Shown in pieces: positions 1 to 13,745 of a DNA stretch of 64,000 bases (position 1 is the first letter of the stretch; each line of letters starts with the position of its first letter). The notes under the pieces are model-generated. The model did not search any database. It worked only from the letters and a program-made list of their open reading frames with translations, and had not been told where the DNA came from. A program made the position numbers and the translations under genes. This stretch comes from Schmidtea polychroa (lineage: Eukaryota): contig CM097888.1 in assembly GCA_044892525.1 (NCBI GenBank), positions 53,878,001-53,942,000 of the forward strand, read 5' to 3'.

Positions 1-3000
1 ATTTATTTATAGTCTGATTATTTCAACTCATTTCAACTCTTACATAACATTTTTGGTTTATATTTTTGTATCGTTGAAAATGTATAATTCAAAATAAAAC
101 TAATTTCAAACAATGAGGATGGCGATTTCATTGATATTCTATATATTAAAGACAAATATATAACATTGTGCTAATTAAAACAAACATTATGATATCTTGT
201 TAAATGAATATATATATATATATATATCAAAGATTTATAGTTTATGATGGAATAATATTACAAGTTGAAAATATTTACACTGACATAAAAATTCCAGGTG
301 AAAAAACTGTTGCTGAAGCTCACCACCTGAGAAGGTTCAGAAAGTTTTTTATATTGAAATTAATATTAAGTTTGTTTGCTATTTAAATAATTAATTTTCC
401 CTGGATTTCCTTCTTAATGTCAGAATTCAAAACTAATTATATCATGCCAAATTAAGCCTCTTTCCTATATGAAACTTATTATTTCATTTTAGCTTGATTT
501 CCCGAAAATGTGTATGAAAATTACATCAAAAAGAAAAGAATATCATAGCTTTCTATAATCATTTACAATACATTCCACAATAATTAAAAAAAATCACAGG
601 TAAAGGGTTAAATTATGGAAAATGCTACATAAACCAAATAATTTACAGAAATCATGAAAGAAGTCAAATGAACAAAAGTTGTAGAATGAAATGTTTATGA
701 ATTAAATTTCTACTCAAAAATGTCATGCACTACAAAATGCTTACGGTTAAAATGTCGGTCGAAACATTATCTTTAAAATTTTGTTTTAATAAATATCCTA
801 AAATGTGAAATTATTTCAAAGATTCAATTGAAATATTGGAAAGCTGAAAAGACATTATTTTTTTCAAATAATTAAATTAAAAATAACTTGTTCTTTAACG
901 CAGTGATTTTCAAGCTTTTTTTCTTTCACGGAACCCTTTTAATTATCTACAAATATCAAATATCAAATGTAATTGTACTGTAAATAAGACTACTCGTATA
1001 TATGTATTATTATTTATCTATTTCTCATTTATTGTTTCAGATACCAAAGATTATGAAATAATGTTTTTGATAATAGAAGTTTATTTTCCTTATATATGCT
1101 ATTTCTCAATTGCTTAGTGACAAATATATAATAATAATAATACTTTTAGATGTACTGAGCTAATGTTGTTTTTGCACTAAAACATGGAATTGAAAATATA
1201 TATATCTGAAGGTTCTAGTACAAATCTTAGTTGCCAATCATTACCTGAACATATTTTGTACAAGATGTTCACCGTTGCATAGCAGATGAGCCGTTAGCAC
1301 TTCAAGTTTACCAACGAGTGCGATTTACACTGAAAATATTTGACCAATTTTTTTACTAATTTTATGTTAACTNNNNNNNNNNNNNNNNNNNNNNNNNNNN
1401 NNNNNNNNNNNNNNNNNNNNNNNNNNNNNNNNNNNNNNNNNNNNNNNNNNNNNNNNNNNNNNNNNNNNNNNNNNNNNNNNNNNNNNNNNNNNNNNNNNNN
1501 NNNNNNNNNNNNNNNNNNNNNNNNNNNNNNNNNNNNNNNNNNNNNNNNNNNNNNNNNNNNAAATAAATTTCATTAGATTTTCAATTTATAATGAACAAGC
1601 ATTTAACTGTAAATTAAATTAGCCGATAATTAAAAGTTAATCAAATAATTAAAAAATAAGTTTTTATTTTTTAAAATATATCGATTTAGGATTAATATTT
1701 TAAAATTGACAGTAAAAATATCTGAAAATTAGTATTGTTTAATTTTGCAAAATATAATTAAATATTTTGATTACATATTCGGATGAAGTTATTTTTGTTA
1801 ATGAGGAAATATATTTTCAATCAAATTAAGAATTAACCCCTTTCATCTCACTTAAAAAACAATTTAATGTTTTATGTAAATTTGTTTTTGATGAAATACC
1901 AGAGAAATTCATGAAATCACACACCAGGTTAATTTTGATGTAATTTTTAACAAATTTTTGAAAATCAAGATAAAACGTTTTATTACGTTTCACATTAAGA
2001 AAGAGATAGATGTAATTGTTTTTATGTGGAAGAATAAAATATAAACTCAAACATATTAGTGAAAATTTGATATTAATGAGAATGNNNNNNNNNNNNNNNN
2101 NNNNNNNNNNNNNNNNNNNNNNNNNNNNNNNNNNNNNNNNNNNNNNNNNNNNNNNNNNNNNNNNNNNNNNNNNNNNNNNNNNNNNNNNNNNNNNNNNNNN
2201 NNNNNNNNNNNNNNNNNNNNNNNNNNNNNNNNNNNNNNNNNNNNNNNNNNNNNNNNNNNAGTATTGTTAAGGTTTAAATTGTAAATGTTGGTTAGTTTTA
2301 GGATCACCATAAAAATATTAATATTCAGCAGAATTTTTTTAAAAATACTTTAAATTACAATAAAAATTAACAAGAAGTTTTCAAAGAAAAATGAAATTAT
2401 TTATTACACAAAATATTTGTAGGTTTAAATTCAGATTACGACATTCTTTTCCCAAAAGAATTGATAATTCCCTAATATCCTGTCAAATACCAGCATTAAA
2501 TATTTTTTTAAATAAAATTCATAGTTTTATTTTAAATACTTGTCTGATTTATTCATTTATTTAAATTATCAGTTTTCCTAATATTTAAACAAACTAATAT
2601 TCATAGAAATAATATCAAATGGAAATGGACTCTTTTTTAAATTAATTTTTAAACTAAATTAATATAAATATTAAATCTCCCATGAAAGGTATCAAAATAA
2701 CGGCAACGGTAGTAAAAATTGAAAAACCAACTGAAAAATCTGTTCTTTCTGGAACGTTTTTAGTTATGTTTTTACCATCAAAAAAATAATTTTGTCTTTT
2801 GTAGTCATATATTTAGTCTTTAAAATCTAGGAAATGCAAAACGATTATTTAATGAATATGACAAATTGTCACAATCTGTATTATAGGGATAAAAATGACC
2901 CAATGCTTCCATTCCTTTCCATCCTCTTTCATAATGTGTTCTTTTGTGGGGTTGTATTCTTTTTTGTATCCCTATTTATCCCTATTTATTCTTGGTTATT

Positions 3001-4396
3001 TACTGTTGTGACAAGTTTGTATAGACTTGGACCTTTCTTTGCTGTTCTATCATTTTGTATGTGAATTCTATGTACAAGTGTAGATTAGTAAAAATAATGT
3101 TTTGTAAACCGTTTTATATTTAAGTCTTGCAATTCTATTTTAAATAAAATTGCCCGTTTAATTAATATTTTCGCTCTTAAGAATATATTATTTTCTAATG
3201 GGAATTATCAAATATCAATTTAGGATGTATAAATACGTTTAGCTTTAGTTACTTACTCAAGGCGCTTACACGAAAATGTTACAACATGAGTATTTACATG
3301 TAGTTTTTTATTAGTAAGCACCAGTGAATACATGTAAAACATGCACCAAAATAAGATGTACATTGAAAAAGACCTTTAAAGGATTTTTCTGAAGAAAAAT
3401 ATTAATAATAAACAAAAAATATGCTTGGATAGTGAAATGAAGACATGTTAAGCTCCCATTACATACGGAAAAGGATTTACAAATTCGAACAGTTAATAAC
3501 ATCATTTAGCATATAACTGTCATTTCTAAATAAATAAATTAGAATCTTGAAATTAAATGAGTCAAAATTAAAAAAAAAATATAAAATAAAAACATAAAAT
3601 AAAATATAAATTTATATTAAATATTAAGTCAATTAATAATTTTTTTTGTAAAGCGTTGACCAACAATTACTGAATTTAAATTGAAAGAAATCTTTGCGTA
3701 ACATGAAAAAATAAAAACGCATTTGAAATATAATAACAAATATCGCTTATAAACAAAATTTTTAACATTGATTCAAACAAATATATTAACTTAATTCATT
3801 AAAATATTAATTCATTAATTCATTAAAATATTAATTCATTAAATTATTCAAAAATTACTATTTTTCAATCTGCATTACTATAAAAAATGAATTATATTAA
3901 ATTAAATCAAACAAGTGCATTAGGGCGATTAACAGGTTCAACTCGAAAACATGAATCCTATAACATTTCATTTATTTTCATTATGACTAAAGATCATTTT
4001 TCAGTATACAACACCAATTTTTTTATGCTTAAAAAATAAAATTAAGGAAAACAAAAACAAATCAAAGGTGAAAAATATAAAGGATTTAACCACTAATTTC
4101 AACTGTATTTAAAATATTAAATATTTAGTAAAGTTTCTTTAAGTAATTAAATTACAGTGATTTAAATCGAACTTTTTAAATCGAATATTTAAATTCTTTA
4201 AATTACATAATAATATTTCTATATTATAAGTTGTGATATTTAATTATTATAATTGTTTAAATAATCAATTGTTTGAACTTTTATAAAGAGAAATTGTAAT
4301 AAATAAACTTATGACTGAAATCAAGTGTTTAAAAAATTAGTTAGATTTAACTTTATAGTTTTGAGTGTATTTTGAATGTAAAATGGGGAATATGTA

Positions 4397-5380
4397 AATT
4401 GTTGTTGTTGTTGTTGGGTTTTATTAATTCAAGTCGGTACTCTGACTCCACGTGTCCTTTTAATCGTAAATAACAAAACAATAAACTACCCAACGTATAT
4501 TTGAATCACACAAATCTCTCAAAATCTAAAGATACAATCAACGACAGAGTTTTATAAGTTTAATCGGTTCTCCGCTCGAGGCTGATGCTTTTTTAAAATA
4601 TTTATCAATATTCACCTTTCAATAGAACTTTTTCTATTTGATCTGGTCCGCTCCAATTCAATTATCTTCTCACGTCTCAAATATTTACTAAATCTTTCCG
4701 GTCGTTTCCCTACTTCCTGATTATCCTAAGCTCGGTTTCTTCGTGTCCCTAGCTGAGGCTGAATACCGGTTTGCTCTGATTTTTCCATTCTTTATATACT
4801 CTTCAAAATCGGAATAACAAATGCTTATTGCCGAGACAATCTCTCTCTTGACATTCGACTCCATATATCTCCTTCGGCTGTCACCCAGAATGGTTCAACG
4901 AACAAAGACCATTAATGGCCCACCCGGGCCTTTCTACACGCACTATCTTTTTCTTAGTCTACTCACATTAATCATTGTGACACAGTAATGAGCCCAAATC
5001 TTCCTTCTGTTTACTTTTCTCTTTGTTTACCAAACTCGGGATTTCTTTCTACTAGCTAATTAATTAATTAATTAATTTCATTTTCTTGTTTTTCCTCTTT
5101 TAATCACCTTTTTGCACTCTCCCTTGCACTTTCTGAAAATTCCGTTATTGTCATGTTATTCCCAACTATCTGTTACCTCATGACCATTTTTGGGTCTTTA
5201 ATTCGAATTTATGAATTTGTTATCGATTTTTCTCAATTCACATTTTTTGTGGTTTTCCCATACACTGATACATCTTCTCGAGCCTTTCTCCGAATTTTAT
5301 TTTTTCGCATTGTCAATTCTCTCCTTGACCAGTTTTACCCTTCTCTCATTCCTTTAATTACAAATATAATTCACTTTTAA
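4397..5380 (-). mobile_element. Degenerate Ty3/Gypsy-like integrase remnant with possible short 3' LTR
   Basis: Broken minus-strand frames give a zinc-finger-like KNGHEVTDSW...RKCKGECKK, then VFVR*TILGD, and a GPY/F-like LNWSGPDQIEKVLLKGEY. They are followed by a ~115-bp TG...CA segment with AATAAA and (CAA)n. Many stops and frameshifts. Confidence 0.45.
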
Positions 5381-5629
5381 TTTTAAATATTATAACCTCA
5401 ATATTGTTTTCAAATTTTTTGAATGGTTAAATTTGTAGGTTAATTTCTAAACTTTTAAAATTTTAGACTGATAAGTAAAATCAAAATAAATCATTTTGGA
5501 TGTGAATTAAATGTAATTTTGAAAATAAGGTTAAATTTAAAAATAAATAATTACTTAAATTAAAAAAAAATTTAAATAATAATTATAACTTGTTTAAATC
5601 TATAATGTTTGTAACTCTTTCTATCCTGT

Positions 5630-5662
5630 CTGATGATGAGAGCAAGATTGTCGAAATATATC
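5630..5662 (+). ncRNA. Degenerate minimal hammerhead-like motif (family B)
   Basis: CTGATGA-T-GAGAG-caaga-TTGTC-GAAA-TATATC; stem II imperfect; same family as 6222, 40505 and 55755. Confidence 0.4.
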
Positions 5663-6188
5663 ATGAAACGTATATATGAGTGACGCTTTCTAATAACTTT
5701 AACTTCGGCTTATTTAACTTTTTAAAAACACATTTTTTAATTTTTATATATTTTTGATATTGTTTTTATTCACAGAATTATACATTTGAATAAGTTTTTT
5801 TAATATCAACATAATTTATTTCTGTTGCCGAATAAATGAATGTGTAACATACACCAGATAGTTTTTTCATTAAGCAATTCCAGTAATAAATATTCAGACT
5901 CGTTATATAACTAAATTACTGTGAAAAGAACTTCCGAATAATTATAATATAGTAAATTTACCGACAAGCACTTGGGCTCATGTAATGAAATTTATTTTCT
6001 CCTTTTGAGAATCAGTGGCAATATATTTTGTTAATCGAAAAATAAATTGAAATTACTAAAAATATATAAAAGAAGTCTAAGTTCTGAAAAATTTTAATTT
6101 TCCTTAACATTTAAACTTTAAACTTACCTAAATTAGCGTAACTTGTAAGTGGTAATAGACCCAATTATTTTTATATAACTAAAAACGC

Positions 6189-6221
<33 letters not shown>

Positions 6222-6222
<1 letters not shown>

Positions 6223-6253
6223 TTCGACAAACTCACTGTCATTGTCAGGTACA
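6222..6253 (-). ncRNA. Degenerate minimal hammerhead-like motif (family B)
   Basis: Reverse complement tgtac-CTGACAA-T-GACAG-tgagt-TTGTC-GAAA running into (TA)n. Confidence 0.4.
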
Positions 6254-7699
6254 ATTGAAATTCAAACTAAACCAATTTAAATTTCTCTTTTTTGAACAAA
6301 CCAATTGATCAATGTTTTTCAATATAATTTTGCTAAAAAATCATAAAATTCTGTTTTCTCAATTCAAACTTTTAAAAATTCTAAAAGTTTTAAAATTTTA
6401 AAATTCACAAAAGTTGAAATCAAAAAACATTAGAATAAATTTTTCACAAAATTGTGTTTACTAATATTAATCAATTCCTTCAGTCTTCAAATCAAATTCC
6501 TTCAAAACCAAGATCTGAATTCAATCTAAGCAAGAACCAAAATAGACCAACTTCACAATTTGTATCACACATAGCCAATCATTAATTATTTTTATGATTC
6601 ATTTTGTATTTGAATACAAAAATAATATTTTTGGAAATTTTTTACTGTTGAAAAATTTGTAAAAGACTCACTATTACTAAAATTAACCTGGTAAATAAAG
6701 ACAATATAGAGCTTCTTGATATAACAAAGATTTAATGTTCAAAATTTTCATTTGAATTAAAAAATAACTAATAATTTAATATATTTTTTCAATTTCCTAG
6801 AACAGTAATTCTCACATTTTCTTTGCTAGCAACCAAAAATTAGAAAAACATTTTTCTTCACCATTCAATGTATGAAGATTAGCATTATGTTTTTAGAAAT
6901 AATACTTCGAATATTTGTCTGAGTATTTTTTTTATTTTTCAAAACCTTCCGAAAACCATATCTGGAAATTCAATCAATTCTTCGAGTCGGATTTCCTGTT
7001 TAATTTCTCAGCCTTTTAATGCTTGCTATTGACATTTAAACAATTCTTGGTAGTCGAGTTATCTGCTTACATATGTTTACGAACTCGGAGTTGAAAATAT
7101 AATGATAAAAAGCAAATTACTGTATAAAGTATTACGTAAAATATTCGCGTACAGCGTAACTTCTATAAGCGGGGCACGAATTTCCCCATGTAGACCGCTC
7201 ATGGAAAATATCAAAAATAAAATGTGCCAATAATTATTAGAAATAGTAAAGTTGGAAATTTGAAATCAAAAACGCCAAATAAACATGCTAAAATATATTT
7301 ATAAATGACAATATTTAAACTAAGATTTTTATTAATATTATTTTTATGCAGATAAACAAATGATTAACTGAATTAAAAGAATTAATTATTATTATTTTTA
7401 GAGAAAATTTAATAAATAGACATTTTTTGTTCACAAAATATAACTTATTTTTGTTAGTTTATATGGCTGGTAGCTATTTTTATGTTAGATTATTAAATAA
7501 ACTATTAAAAGAAAATTAAACCAGATAATAACTAACCAAAAAATAAGTTGTCTCGCTTGGAGGAAAGACACTTCATATGCTAAAATACCATTTTCAAAAA
7601 TTTTCAGACATTAAAATATATATGCTCAATTACATCCAATACAAGTGCTAACGTTAGACCATTTTTAAATCGGATTTTCTATAAAGAAGGCAATTTTTA

Positions 7700-8050
7700 A
7701 ATCATATACAAACGATATTTTGTGTAACTGAAAGAAAATACACATATGTACTTAACTCAAAATGATGTGCTCATTTTTTATCATGATGTTTGTGGATAGA
7801 ATCGAATTTATTTCGTTTTTGCCTAGTGATTTTGACTATTCCATTAGTAAGTATATGTGCATTCATCGGACAATATATAGATTTTTCTGTTTATAGCAAA
7901 TCGGATTTGAAATTGGTGCATAATTCTACAAAAATCAAATTTCCTGATGAAAAGTTGCGGTAAATGCGAAGGCGAGTCCGCAAACTTGCATGTGAAATGC
8001 AATGAAATCTCGGATTCAACAACAATTGCAGCAACATGATATTAACTAAT
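7700..8050 (-). pseudogene. Highly degraded Tc1/mariner-type transposase remnant
   Basis: YILSDECTYTY*WNSQNH resembles the first catalytic-Asp region (xFSDExxF...N.QN.R.W); multiple stops. Confidence 0.4.
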
Positions 8051-9279
8051 TAAATTTTCCCATGAAAACAATTTAAATTATTTTCTAATGTAAAAGAATA
8101 TTTATTTTTTATTAACATTGAAACGAAAAATTTACGACATCAAAAGCAAAATTTATAATCCCAAATTTTCACTAAATTGATAATTCTAGACTCAAACAAT
8201 TAAATCCTGTAAAGAAATTAATAAATATATTATTTAATTTTGATTATTTAAATTTTATTAACAATTAAAAGGTTTTTTTTTGGCATTGAGTCCTTATTTT
8301 CACGCAATAATTTCTTTCTTATTTTACACTAAATAATAAAATTCAATAATTATTAAACAAATAAATATGATCGAAGTGAAAATGTATGAAATGGAGGATA
8401 GGTTATTCGAGAATTCTGAGAAAAAAAATCCACACATTTCATTGATATATGGACAAAGATTGAGGGGACTTACATGGTGATTTATTATAGAAAGGCAGAA
8501 AAATAATTTTGCTGAGAAAAATAAAATACAAACACCCTACACACAAAACACTATAATTACACACAGAAAGACAAATATTATTCAAATATCACTCATTTAT
8601 TACGGTATTTTTTAATTAAAAATATGCAATTTCAGGGTATTTCTAGCGTTTTATCCCATTCCAACTTTCTATGAGCTGTAAAGAAACAAATTGAAGCAAT
8701 GTAAATTATACTTTATTTAAAAGAATTCCAATGTAAATTCTTTTTAGAAATTTGGAAAATGAAGATAGATTACTGAAGATTATGGAAAATATAAGAGAAA
8801 AGCATAGAAAACCAATTTATAATTGAAATATTAAATTTCAATTTAAACATTATTAAATACTTCGAAGTTGATAAAAAGACTTGTATCAATTACGAAATAT
8901 AGAAATATTTACAGCAAATATTACCTTTTCTCAACATTTTCGGTTATAAATTATTTATAATTAATTTTAACCGGATTTTTACGTATTTATTAATAAAAAT
9001 TTGAATTTATTTCGATACAACGTGAGTTCTATTATTTTTAAATTAATTAATTAGTAAATATAATTTATTCATTTCCAAAGAAATATATTTTTTTACAACA
9101 TTTAGGGAAAAAACGGTGAAGTGTTCAAAATAGTTTTCCAAAATTTTATAATCATCTTTTTTTTCAGCTCACCTTCCAGAGCCTCATTGACTAAATCGGT
9201 CATTTTTTTCTAAATATTTCTGTAAATGATTTATTATATTGCGTTTATTCATTACAAGGATTTTACATATCGAAGTTTT

Positions 9280-9465
9280 TACTATGTGTTGTGCTTGTGT
9301 GTGTCAGTTTATTTTTTCTACCACTTCCTTACTTTCTATATTAAATGCGTTTATTCATTACAGCGATAAAATCAACACACAGATAAGTTTGTGTGTTTAT
9401 ATAATATAAACTTATTGACTTTTTGTAACATTATAGATTCGTTTATTCATTTTCAAACGGGTGTA
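9280..9465. repeat. Subterminal fragment related to the Tc1-like element at 30398-32389
   Basis: Shares tgtgttgtgcttgt...ttttctaccactt...acacacagataagtttgtgtgtt with 32205-32390, 36000-36100 and 43270-43434; ends in GGTG|TA. Confidence 0.55.
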
Positions 9466-10429
9466 CATGAATACATCAACATAATCAAGGTTATGCCAAT
9501 GTCAACGTGTAATTTGTCAATTATTGGTTACATCTTTAATAATTCCAATTTAGCAAAAATAGTTTAAACTAAATTTTTTTAAGATTTTCCACAAAAATAC
9601 TTAATTAATATTAGAATTAAAACTATTATAAATTAACTTTCGCTAAATCAAAAATATATTTCTTATAAAATGTCTAAAATAAAGTTTTATTCTTTGAATG
9701 TGTCATGAAGTGACATCTAATCAAATATTATTTATTTTTTGAGAAAAATTTCTTTACAACATAAACTATTTGACCATGAATGATTATAATTACAATGAAT
9801 TTATAATATAAAGTACAAGAATCTTTTTGATATATTTTTTGTTAGATATTCTTTGTAATAAAAAATAAATTATTATTATTTTTAATATATTATTTTTAAT
9901 ATATATATTTTTAATATACATAACTACTCTTCGTAAGTCAGTCATACTAAGATTTAGATTCCTGAGACGATTTTCAGTAGCAACATTGTAAAAAAAATTA
10001 TTTTTATGTGCAATTTGTTTTCTATGTTAAAGTTGGCGGTGTTCTAGAGTTATTAATTTGATTAATAAAATATGCTAATATTATTCGATTATAATTTATT
10101 TCTTTTGATAAAAAATTATACAAAACTAAAAGTAACCTTTTACACAATTAAATTCTGTCGTTTTCGAATATTATTTAAACAAAACAAAAATAAAATAAAT
10201 CTTTTCTATAAATTCATTTTGAGTAGACTATTTATACATGGTATTCGTGATAAAGGTTTAAGTAAATGTAATGTTTTTTATATTTTCTTTTTCAAATATT
10301 TTTAAAAACGATAATTTCTATAGAAGCCACTATTGCATTAGTTTTTTAAAAGTCGACATATTAAATCTAAATTTTCAAAAAATCATTCAACAATGTCAAA
10401 TTCTGGAAATTTAAGATTTTGCTATGATA

Positions 10430-10870
10430 TTAATATTATCTCTGATAGAAGATTATGAAAGCCTTCAGCTGAGTTTAGTCATGGTGAGCGGAATATATTG
10501 TTAAGAAAGGAATATTCTAACAGACCGACATTAAAATCAGTAAGTGACAACATTTCTATAATCAAGGGTCCTATTACAGAGAATAAGCAGATCAATATGA
10601 GAGACTTGGATTCCATAACTGGACCTTTTGAGAAATGAATTGAAACTCAAGCCTGTCTCTGTAAAATGTGCTCCTTAAAACCTGACTGACGAACCAAAGA
10701 TAGAAAGAATTGAACAGTGTTGTACATTTTTTACGTAATCTATATTTTTCCATTAAACGTAATTAAAGCAAAACACTGTTAAATCTCAAGGTCACATTAA
10801 TGGATGAAAGACTTTTCTTACATACTATCAATGAAGTAGAATAATTCGTGGGCTTCCAAAGTCAAAATTA
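10430..10870 (+). pseudogene. Degenerate mariner-type transposase remnant
   Basis: LLRNELKLKPVSVKCAP*NLTDEPKIERIEQC matches the mariner linker pattern (L..KVSARWVP..LT.EQK..R...C); stops and frameshifts. Confidence 0.65.
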
Positions 10871-11329
10871 ATTAAACTATTTCATATTAAATTTGGAATA
10901 TAAAAGTGAAAAATCCTAACAATATTAATAATTGTCATTTAATAATTATTTTGGAATTTTGGAATTTTGTAAATTCTCGCCTGAAGATGTAATACTTGTT
11001 CCGAAATAGACGACAATTCTTTCTGTTTTACTGAACGAAAAACGATATTTGATAAAAAAATACTAAAATATATTTAAAATTATTAAGAATTATTTGATCT
11101 AACAAACTGTAAATATATTTTAAGATTAAATAACAATACTTAAAACGATATATTATTGAAAAGGAAACCATATATATTTTATATGTATGTCTACACCACA
11201 TTCATCATTGGAATATAAAAATCAATTACATAATCCGAAGACGGAGACTGTCAAGATAATCAATCAAACATGCAGGCATTCTACACATATATAAACTACA
11301 TAATATAAGACATAGTTTTCCAAAAGATC

Positions 11330-11560
11330 TAAAATATAGAAGATATGACAAATTCAGTGTCATATGACCTTTTCTATGGTGGGTCATTTTGATGTTTTTA
11401 TAACTTTAGCAGGTGATAAATAAACCAAACAAAGTGAAGAAGTATAAGTTAAAACATTACCATATAATGTTATATATACATATCAGTCATTATTTTAGAA
11501 GCAATCTTATAAGTTACAAAGAAGCAAAGGGTGCCTTTTATCAGATAAAGTGGCTCATAC
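11330..11560 (+). pseudogene. Possible piggyBac transposase remnant
   Basis: SYDLSMV and PNKVKKYKLK resemble the piggyBac SIDESMV...KP.KYGIK region; heavily decayed. Confidence 0.4.
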
Positions 11561-13610
11561 GTCCAGTTTTGGTGACAAAGTGATCTGATTCGAAATTACT
11601 GGTAATAATAAAAGCCAAATAATCTCAAAACTAGTCTGCCATTAGAAATGTCTAAAACTTTATTTTCTATACATTATTTATTAAAAAGCTTGAATATGAA
11701 TCACTAAATATATCAAAGAAACATCGATATATTTACTGATTCATAGTCTTCAAGATTTTGTTAATAAATACAATGTATACATTAACTAGATAGTGTATAT
11801 GTTACAGTTAAAGTAGACAGTCACTAATAAATGTATATATTAACGTGAATTTTTAGACAATAATAAATTGCACACTATATCCAGCTAAAGTATGCAGTAT
11901 TGCAACATGATATACTAGAATGACATTTATGTATTTTAAAAGAGAATGTATACATGTATAAAATAATTAAAAAAAGTAACAAATTGAAAGTTTATTTTAC
12001 GGACCTTTTACAATCAAATTCAAAACATTTCACGCACACAAAGATCTAATTTACATAAATATAAATCCAAATCAAACAAACTGCAACAGAAAATCAAAAT
12101 GCCAAATGCTTAGTAAAAGAGTTCAAATTAAAACAAAATCTCTCAAATCAAATGAGTTTCAAATGTTTGATTTATTGACAAGCACTAAAATTACAGGAAA
12201 AAAGGTGAAGATTTTTTAAAAAAATCTAGGAAATGAAATAAATGCAAATATTTCCATTTGTTGTCAACTGAAAATAAAAACCGATATGAAAGAATAAAAA
12301 TGAGAGTTGAATTGCTTACGAAGTCAAACAAAAAAGAATAATTATAGAAAATTCATTAAATAAATCAAAAAGTTTTATTGTACATTTATCAAACAATAAT
12401 TCGTTTTCATGGAGTTGAATTAATTTATATTTGATTATTGTTATCATGAATCAAAAGACTTTTTCAATTGCTCTTTCGATATTTCCGGAGGGTCGTCATT
12501 TGCATATCTGCCGGTTAAGCGAACATTTTTGTTGAGATTTGGTAGTCCCATTTTTTTGGCTGATTTAGGAAGAAATTTACTCAAATCATTTTTACAATTA
12601 AAAAAGGAATTTAAGTTTAAAATAATTATTTCGTATTTTGATTTATTAGAATTTTGATTATGTTCATTAAATTAAATTTATTAATATAAAAAATGTATAT
12701 AAAATTTTATTTATTTATTTTTTCTTCAAAGTTAAAATCTCAGACATTTATTACACAAATAAGCGTTTATCTCTGCATCTTAAATATCTTTAAATAAGGA
12801 TTAATTATTTATAATTTAAAAACAATAACAAAAAACCGCCCTAGAACCGAAAAAAATCCAAGTAAATTATTTTTTATTACCCAATGTAATGATAGATTTT
12901 AGTAGTTCNNNNNNNNNNNNNNNNNNNNNNNNNNNNNNNNNNNNNNNNNNNNNNNNNNNNNNNNNNNNNNNNNNNNNNNNNNNNNNNNNNNNNNNNNNNN
13001 NNNNNNNNNNNNNNNNNNNNNNNNNNNNNNNNNNNNNNNNNNNNNNNNNNNNNNNNNNNNNNNNNNNNNNNNNNNNNNNNNNNNNNNNNNNNNNNNNNNT
13101 AATTGCTTTTCTACAAAAAAAATTATCAAAAAAATATTTTAATTAAAATATTGCAAAATATTTTCAAACTGAACATTAATTAAATAAAAGTTATTTGGCA
13201 TTTTAGAGCAGAAAAGGCGGTAGCATTAAAAGATAAAGAAATATAATTCACCCATTCAAGTGGAAGAAATAATATTAGATTTCTCATTCGATCAATGCTA
13301 AAAATTTCATCGACAGATTATAAAAAAATTCAAATAAAAAATCTAATTATTAAATCAACATTGAAAAAGAAATAAAACCGATCCGGCCATAAAACTAGAA
13401 TTAGCTCGAAAATTCTATGTTGAATAAATTAAATATCACTGTTCAATGGAAAAAAAAGATTTTCGAAACGAATTATAATGAAACAGTTATTTTTTTGGAT
13501 TTTAAATGTTGGCAACATTTAATAAAAATCAAAATTGTTTTAGTAAAATTTATTATTTAAATATTTGATCATAATAATTCATTTGATAAACATTCAGGAT
13601 AAATTAGTTA

Positions 13611-13745
13611 TTATTTGAAAAAGGCAGTGCGGAAAATTCGTGAGTATCAAAAAACATCGATTTATTACTGATTTATAGTCTTTAAGCTCTCTTTTTAATA
13701 AATATGCTTGAAGACTCTAAATCAGTAATATGTCGATGTTTTTAA
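13611..13745 (+). repeat. Penelope-associated terminal repeat family A with U3-A8 hammerhead-like motif and short inverted arm
   Basis: ttat-TTGAAAAA-GGCAGTGCG-GAAAATTC-GTGAG at 13611-13644, then acatcgatttattactgatttatagtc and its inverted copy. Related copies near 11700, 19070, 19630, 26940, 35145 and 59695. Confidence 0.65.

Noticed and set aside
1245-1329. Minus-strand segment with good AG/GT sites
   Set aside because: All three frames contain stops when the strong acceptor is used.
3300-3500. HVKLPLHTEK resembling hAT Buster-type LLLHTEVRW
   Set aside because: Single short motif in heavily decayed sequence; not enough to call.
7944-7975. CTGATGA motif as a hammerhead
   Set aside because: No stem II hairpin or GAAA/stem I support; lies within a transposase remnant.
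10981-11015. CTGAAGA-T-...GAAA hammerhead-like motif
   Set aside because: Imperfect stem II, no U at 16.1 and no stem I; at best a fossil.
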